Assembly (NCBI RefSeq): GCF_015840335.1 | Contig: NZ_CP060395.1 | Coordinates: forward strand, 1,609,277-1,649,276 | DNA: 40,000 nucleotides | DNA from: Synechococcus sp. CBW1108 | GTDB lineage: Bacteria > Cyanobacteriota > Cyanobacteriia > PCC-6307 > Cyanobiaceae | Direction: 5' to 3' | Part shown: positions 35,250-40,000 of the stretch, piece after piece | Numbering within the stretch: the stretch's first letter is position 1 | Layout of the letters: the number at the start of each line of letters is the position of its first letter | The notes under the pieces: generated by a model | Databases searched by the model: none | What the model saw: the letters and a program-made list of their open reading frames with translations, nothing else | What the model was told of the DNA's origin: nothing | Translations under genes and position numbers: made by a program

Positions 35250-35924
35250 TCACAAGATGCCCAGCCATTTATGGGCTTGCAGGCTCAGGCGCCAGGCAGG
35301 GTGGCTTTTAACGAAGTCGATCGAGAGCCGCAAACCTTCAGAGCTTTCCCATCCAGGCTGGAGGAACAACTTGGCATCGCCATCACACCTTGAGTGAATC
35401 GTGGATTCAGCCATCAGGAGCGCAAACTCCAAGTCTGCGGGTTCATGCACAATGACCTTTAGCTCGTGACACGCATCAAGCAGTTCCTGCCGCGGGGGCG
35501 CATGGCGCTTCGGGGAAAGCGTGATCCAATCAGGTGATCCAGAAATTGGGTCAACGCCACTTGTTTCGAGATGGATCGGGAGTGAAGTGGCACTCCGAAG
35601 CTCGCTTGCTAGCGGAGCCAGGTCGTGGTGCAATGGTTCTCCGCCGGTGATCACAATAAACGCGGCTCCATTCGCTTGTGCGTGGTGTGCTTCTCTTGCT
35701 GTCTCAATAAGAGTTTGATGGGGGTGTAGGTCTTTCGGCCATGAGTGCTTGGTATCACACCAAGTGCACCCGACTGTGCATCCCCCAAGTCGGATGAAGA
35801 AAGCACTTCGACCTGCATGAGCTCCCTCCCCCTGCAGAGAATGGAATGTCTCAACGATCGGGAGTGACCCGGGGTTTATGCCTTCATTCTTGGCATGGCC
35901 ATGCTTTGTAGACATAACGGTCAT
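35250..35924 (-). CDS. queE: 7-carboxy-7-deazaguanine synthase QueE (radical SAM)
   Basis: ETFHSLQGEGAHAGRSAFFIRLGGCTVGCTWCDT is the QueE radical-SAM cluster motif (Cx14CxxC type), with ITGGEP. Alternative ATG at 35915. Confidence 0.85.
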   Translation of the reverse strand: MTVMSTKHGHAKNEGINPGSLPIVETFHSLQGEGAHAGRSAFFIRLGGCTVGCTWCDTKHSWPKDLHPHQTLIETAREAHHAQANGAAFIVITGGEPLHHDLAPLASELRSATSLPIHLETSGVDPISGSPDWITLSPKRHAPPRQELLDACHELKVIVHEPADLEFALLMAESTIHSRCDGDAKLFLQPGWESSEGLRLSIDFVKSHPAWRLSLQAHKWLGIL

Positions 35925-37036
35925 AGTTTCTTCCCCATTTGCTCTTGCAGACGCATCGCCTCCTGGTACTCCGCCTCGATCCCCAGGCCTGAGTCATCAT
36001 CCGGCGTCAGCCGTTTCATACCCACGTGGATCAGGCAAGCGAGGGCCAGGTCGCTCCAGCTGCCGGGCAGGTTCTTGAGGCTGCGCGCGGTGCCGGGTTC
36101 ATTGATCTGCAGCCCGCCCTGGCCCACGGCTGCCACTTCGCTGAGCACGGCAATGAAGCGCTGCTGGTCCATCCCCTCGAACAGCTGCAGGGCCTGGAGG
36201 CAGTAGCTCACGGCGTCCTGCCGGAGGCCCTCCGGCTGATCGACGCGCAGATCGCGGGCGGCGATGCTGCCCCGCAGATCCTTGGCCTTGTTCGCCAGCT
36301 CGCCGTAGGGCTGGGCCTCGATCACCTGCAGCAGCAGCCGATCGGCCTCGCCTCTGTGCTCTTCGGGATCGAGCTGCAGCAACGCCCGGGCCAGGTTGAA
36401 GGTGGTGATCAGGTCATCCGGCGCCACCGCCAGGGCTTGGCGGAACCGCTCGACGCCAGCGGCAAAGGCCCCGGCGATCACCAGCAGGCTGCCGAGGCTG
36501 CGCAGGGCAAAGCTGTTCTGCGGCTCCAACTCGATCGCCGCTTCCAGGGCCTGGCGGGCTTCTGCCTTGTCGCCCAGCCGCATCGCGGCCAGGGCCAGCG
36601 CCACCAAAGCATTCGCCTGGGCGTGGGCATTGCTGGCGTTGGCGACCACTGCCCGGCGCAGCAGCAGCCGGGCTTCTTCTGGCTTGCCCTCTTCGCTGGC
36701 GAGCACGCCGAGGTTGTAGAGGGCTTCGGGGTGCTCGGGCTCCAGCTGCAGCAGGGTTTCCAGCAGCGGCCGGGCTTCATCGAACCGGCGCTGCTGCAGC
36801 AGTGGGCCGATGGAGGCCATCGCAGGGGCCTCAGGCGCCGTGGGCTCCCAGGCCACCTCGATGCGGCCGGCGGCGAACACCACCGACAGCTGCCCGCCAA
36901 TGGAGGCGTAGGACTTCTGGAAGTAGTCGGTCACCGCCCGGCGGAAGGCCTCGGTGCCGGGGGTGCGGCTGCCTTCCGGCAGCAGCGAGTCATCAAAGCC
37001 GGCCTCTTCGATCGAAAACGCAGTGCCTTCCATCAC
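35921..37036 (-). CDS. TPR-repeat protein (371 aa)
   Basis: Repeated 34-aa Ala/Leu-rich units (EALYNLGVLASEEGKPEEARLLLRRAV..., ALVALALAAMRLGDKAEARQALEAAIELEP...). High GC. GTG at 37036 or ATG at 37033. The stop overlaps the queE ATG. Confidence 0.75.
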   Translation of the reverse strand: MMEGTAFSIEEAGFDDSLLPEGSRTPGTEAFRRAVTDYFQKSYASIGGQLSVVFAAGRIEVAWEPTAPEAPAMASIGPLLQQRRFDEARPLLETLLQLEPEHPEALYNLGVLASEEGKPEEARLLLRRAVVANASNAHAQANALVALALAAMRLGDKAEARQALEAAIELEPQNSFALRSLGSLLVIAGAFAAGVERFRQALAVAPDDLITTFNLARALLQLDPEEHRGEADRLLLQVIEAQPYGELANKAKDLRGSIAARDLRVDQPEGLRQDAVSYCLQALQLFEGMDQQRFIAVLSEVAAVGQGGLQINEPGTARSLKNLPGSWSDLALACLIHVGMKRLTPDDDSGLGIEAEYQEAMRLQEQMGKKL

Positions 37037-37797
37037 GGCGTCTTCCAGACGTACCAGCGGCTCAGGCCCAGCTTCTCGGCCCAGCCATCGATGATCTCCC
37101 GGTCGGGATCCGCCGTGGTGGGCTCGGCGCGGGTGAGGGCGATGAGCTCCCTGGCCAGCGCCTCAAACCCTGCCGCCTGGTACGGAATCGCCAGCGGCGG
37201 GATGCCCACCAGCTCGGCGGCCTGGAAGGCATAGGCGGCATTCATCGCCCGGCTGGCCTTCACCACCGCAGCGGGGCTCATCTTGTCGACCTCGGCGTTG
37301 AGGCAGGGCACGTTCTGCTGCACCTGGCCCTGCAGCACCGCCGCCTGCAGGCCCCGCAGCTCCGGCAGCTGCTCGAACAGCCAGCGATCAGCCCAGAGGC
37401 CAGGGCCCGTCGAGCGCAGCTGCAGCATCAGCCCGTCGTAGAAGCGCAGCCCGGCCTGCCTTGCCTGGGCCAGGCCGATGGAGCCCTTGAACATCTTCTC
37501 CACCTGGGCCACCACCTTCTCTCTGGCCTCCCGCTTCTCAGTGAGGTTCACCCGCTGCTCGGGCGGCACCTGCACGATGCGCAGCAGCAGGGCGGCCTCA
37601 AAGGCCACGTGGTAGCTGCTGGCCTCATCGGCATCGCGGTAGGCGATCAGGTGGGCCTGGTAACCCTCCGTCGCCGGTCGCACCGTGGCCAGGGTGCCCA
37701 GGTCGGCCTGCTGGGCCACCGCCACCGGCAGACCGCTGACCTCCTCCACCTGCTGGAGCAGGCGGTTCACAGCCGGCAGGAGCGCATGGGCAGGCAT
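37033..37797 (-). CDS. hypothetical protein (254 aa), translationally coupled to the TPR gene
   Basis: Internal ATG (cat at 37795-37797) of ORF 37033..37974. Coding-like GC3. The stop overlaps the TPR gene start. Confidence 0.55.
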   Translation of the reverse strand: MPAHALLPAVNRLLQQVEEVSGLPVAVAQQADLGTLATVRPATEGYQAHLIAYRDADEASSYHVAFEAALLLRIVQVPPEQRVNLTEKREAREKVVAQVEKMFKGSIGLAQARQAGLRFYDGLMLQLRSTGPGLWADRWLFEQLPELRGLQAAVLQGQVQQNVPCLNAEVDKMSPAAVVKASRAMNAAYAFQAAELVGIPPLAIPYQAAGFEALARELIALTRAEPTTADPDREIIDGWAEKLGLSRWYVWKTP

Positions 37798-37862
37798 TGC
37801 CAGGCTGCAACGGGCAGGGACGCCCCCACGGTATCCAGCGCTAAAGCAGATCTCCCATACCT

Positions 37863-38273
37863 TCAGCCGAAACCCTTGGCCGGCCCGCGGGACCCTGGCG
37901 GCAGCAGCGGGATTTCGATCACCGCGTCCTGCTCCACCGGGTAGCCCTCCATCTCCAGATGGATGTCGCTGCACACCAGCGTCAACGGCGGCTCCAGATC
38001 CTGGGCCTCCATGAACACCAGCACCACGTCTTGCCCTGGCCCGGCGGCATCGGGATGGCGCTTGACGTCCTGCTGGAACCGCAAGGACGTGTACTTCTTG
38101 AGGTCGGGCCGGGCCGAGAGCACGTTCGTGCGCAGGAAGCGGGCGTTGCCGTACTCGGTCTGGTTGACGAACGTGTCGTAGGGCTCATCGCCATCGGGCC
38201 CGGGCAGGTCGTCCTGGGTGGTGATCCGGATGTCCTTCACGGCAGGGCTGGGCGTGGGCACTGCACCCAGCAT
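37863..38273 (-). CDS. hypothetical protein (136 aa)
   Basis: ATG start and balanced amino-acid composition (many D/E/K/Y/F), unlike the spurious GC-rich frames around it. Confidence 0.5.
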   Translation of the reverse strand: MLGAVPTPSPAVKDIRITTQDDLPGPDGDEPYDTFVNQTEYGNARFLRTNVLSARPDLKKYTSLRFQQDVKRHPDAAGPGQDVVLVFMEAQDLEPPLTLVCSDIHLEMEGYPVEQDAVIEIPLLPPGSRGPAKGFG

Positions 38274-38315
38274 CCGTGATCCAGCCAGGATGGGGAACGC
38301 CCGCCAGAGAGCACC

Positions 38316-38573
38316 GTGAGCGCACCCCTGCAGATCGGCGACACCGTGCGCTTCTCCCGGGCCTTCCTGCAGTCGATGGCGATGGTGAGCGGCCCTGATG
38401 CCCCCACCAGCAGCGGACCCTTCGCGCGGGGCACGGTGACCGCCATCGCACCGATCACCCCCAACAGCCCGATGGTGGTGGCGACGGTGAGTTGGGCTGA
38501 TGGCGCCACCACCCAGGTGAACGTGACCAACCTCGAGGTTCAGCCTGGCCCCCCCCCGCTCACGCCTCGATGA
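38316..38573 (+). CDS. hypothetical small protein (85 aa)
   Basis: GTG start. The stop overlaps the next ATG (ATGA at 38570-38573). Contains a C9 homopolymer near its 3' end. Confidence 0.4.
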   Translation: MSAPLQIGDTVRFSRAFLQSMAMVSGPDAPTSSGPFARGTVTAIAPITPNSPMVVATVSWADGATTQVNVTNLEVQPGPPPLTPR

Positions 38574-39544
38574 GCCGGCTGACGCCTGAATCGATCCGCG
38601 CCTCCCAGGCCGAACTGCCGCCGATCGGGACGGTGATCACCGAGCTGCGGCGCCAGGACCCTTACATCCAGCAGGAGCAGCACCGCTACCGCTCGCCGCG
38701 GGGCTTTCAGAGCTGGGCCAATCACCTGGCTTATGCCGCTCTCATCGAGGGCGGGCTGCAGGTGATGGATGAGCTCAACGATCCGATCGGCTTCTGGGCC
38801 GCCACCACCTGCCGCTGGGCCCGGATCGTGGAGGCCCCGCCCCGGTTCCTGGCGCCGGAGCTGGCCGAGGCCTTCCGCCGCACACCCTCTCCTCGGCTGG
38901 ATGAGGACTTCCCGCAGGTGCTGCCCTGCTTCCGGTTGATGCTCCCGGATGGCGCCCTGTTCACCGAGGACAAGGTGCCGATCCCGGTGGTGATCGTGGC
39001 CGACCTGCGGGCGATGGCCGACTGGCTGCCGCCCCAGGCCCAGCGGATCGGCGGCATCAGCTGCGTGGGCCTGGCCCTCGATGGCACCAGCTACCTCACC
39101 CGCCACTCCTTTGAGCAGATCGGCGAGCGCAACCCCACCGTGGACGACCTCAGCCATCCAGCCTGGCAGTGGGACGAGCAGGCCGTGCAGAGCACCAACC
39201 AGCGGATGGAGGGCCTGGCCATCAACGCCCTGCTGGTGCAGCTCTACCAGCCGGAACTGCTGACCACCGGCCCCGCCGCCAAGGTGCGCAGCGGTAAGGG
39301 GTTCGCCGGTGCTGCAGATACAGAAGGCACAGTGAGCCCGCAGGGTCCGGTGTGGATCGGCAAGGACTTCCGGCTGGATCGCACCCCCAGGGCTGCCGCC
39401 AGCAACAGCACCTCAGGGGGGGGCGGCGGTGCCGCCCGGCGGCCCCACTGGCGCCGGGGCCATTGGCACACCGTTCTGCATGGTGAGAAGCGTCAGAGCC
39501 GGCGGATGCAGTGGTTCCAGCCGGTGTATGTGGGGCTCAGCTGA
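38570..39544 (+). CDS. hypothetical protein (324 aa) with a basic His/Arg/Trp-rich C-terminus
   Basis: ATG start, coding-like composition. C-terminus RRPHWRRGHWHTVLHGEKRQSRRMQWFQPVYVG. Confidence 0.55.
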   Translation: MSRLTPESIRASQAELPPIGTVITELRRQDPYIQQEQHRYRSPRGFQSWANHLAYAALIEGGLQVMDELNDPIGFWAATTCRWARIVEAPPRFLAPELAEAFRRTPSPRLDEDFPQVLPCFRLMLPDGALFTEDKVPIPVVIVADLRAMADWLPPQAQRIGGISCVGLALDGTSYLTRHSFEQIGERNPTVDDLSHPAWQWDEQAVQSTNQRMEGLAINALLVQLYQPELLTTGPAAKVRSGKGFAGAADTEGTVSPQGPVWIGKDFRLDRTPRAAASNSTSGGGGGAARRPHWRRGHWHTVLHGEKRQSRRMQWFQPVYVGLS

Positions 39545-39920
39545 GCAGCCGGTGGCCGTTCAGCACCATCATCAGCACGTGGCGCGCCTCCAGGTTGTCG
39601 GGTTCACGCTCCAACAGCTGCTCCAGCAGAGGGATGGCCTCCTCATGGCGGCCGTCTTCCAGGAGCCAACGCACTTGCATCAGTTCGGTGCCGGGATCGC
39701 CCAGGGGGATCCAGCTGATTTCAAACAGTCCCTCGGTGTAGGAGCAGGAGAAGCTGCCCTCCATCCCCTCATACGGCTCCTGATACAGGGCAAACACCGC
39801 ATCCACAAAGGCCTGGGACTCGATATCGCGGCTGTCCTCCGGCAGCCGCGAGAGATCCACGTCCTCCTCCCGAAACGAGACGGACATGGCAGGCAGTGCT
39901 GGAACCGTGGTCTCAGCCAT
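39537..39920 (-). CDS. short paralogue of the N-terminal part of the 35921..37036 TPR protein (127 aa)
   Basis: VSFREEDVDLSRLPEDSRD..AFVDAV..Y...G.FSCSYTEGLFEISWIP...LLEDGRHEEAIPLLEQLLEREPDNLEA aligns by eye with FSIEEAGFDDSLLPEGSRT..AFRRAV..Y...GQLSVVFAAGRIEVAWEP...LLQQRRFDEARPLLETLLQLEPEHPEA. Confidence 0.5.
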   Translation of the reverse strand: MAETTVPALPAMSVSFREEDVDLSRLPEDSRDIESQAFVDAVFALYQEPYEGMEGSFSCSYTEGLFEISWIPLGDPGTELMQVRWLLEDGRHEEAIPLLEQLLEREPDNLEARHVLMMVLNGHRLLS

Positions 39921-40000
39921 TGAAACGGTGGGGACTCCCCTCAGGTTGCTGCCCCTGCAGATCCTCCCGCAGCTACTGGATCCAGTTGGACTGCTGCACG

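Larger units (their letters stand above)
17070..35924. other. compositionally distinct genomic island: Dpd-like 7-deazaguanine (preQ0) DNA modification/defence gene cluster
   Basis: Bounded by the sigma-gene remnant on the left and the stop of a high-GC TPR gene on the right. Hand-counted 60-nt lines inside: 18601 = 43%, 26101 = 50%, 32401 = 47%, 28501 = 57%, 33001 = 62%, 30001 = 65% GC. Flank lines: 3601 = 78%, 9001 = 63%, 36601 = 68%. No integrase or direct repeats found. Confidence 0.7.

Noticed and set aside
1-40000. A CRISPR array, rRNA gene, integrase/recombinase or transposase/IS element anywhere in the window.
   Set aside because: I noticed no regularly spaced direct repeats, and no ORF carries recognisable tyrosine/serine recombinase or DDE motifs. 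The islands therefore lack an identifiable mobility gene within this window.

Overview
The window looks like high-GC bacterial chromosome, probably from a Synechococcus/Cyanobium-type picocyanobacterium. That assignment is an inference from GC-rich codon usage, a Nif11-domain peptide and several group-3-like sigma factors. Several accessory segments are embedded in it. (1) 0-2 kb holds a sigma-factor gene with no region 4, a hypothetical gene and an AT-rich SAM-methyltransferase islet. (2) 2.2-10.4 kb is a phage-derived head-gene cluster with host-like GC: DUF4055-type portal, coiled-coil scaffold-like protein and HK97-type major capsid. A reverse-strand block encoding a C39-like peptidase and a small membrane protein interrupts it, and I saw no terminase, tail or integrase gene. 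(3) 10.6-12.3 kb carries a Nif11-domain peptide, a hypothetical gene and an intact sigma factor. (4) 12.9-16.4 kb is a four-gene minus-strand operon, phd/yefM - vapC(PIN) - brxL - 2-TM protein. This is a BREX Lon-like BrxL with no other BREX gene nearby. (5) At 16.9-17.07 kb an orphan sigma-70 region-4 remnant sits at the edge of the main feature. (6) 17.07-35.92 kb is the main feature, an island of about 18.8 kb bounded by preQ0-synthesis genes (queD on the left, queC and queE on the right). It carries two TGT/DpdA-family transglycosylase paralogues, one fused to an uncharacterised N-terminal domain. It also encodes a NurA-HerA pair, a 596-aa orphan protein, a UvrD-like helicase with a Cas4/RecB-like Fe-S nuclease, two Hel308/Ski2-like helicases (one with a SWIM finger) and a double-HTH regulator. 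I read this island as a Dpd-like DNA 7-deazaguanine modification/restriction system with non-canonical gene content, and it is the best candidate for an undescribed defence system here. (7) 35.9-40 kb returns to high GC, with TPR-protein paralogues and hypothetical genes. I found no rRNA, tRNA, CRISPR array, integrase or transposase. All functional calls come from reading motifs in the supplied translations and none has been checked against a database.
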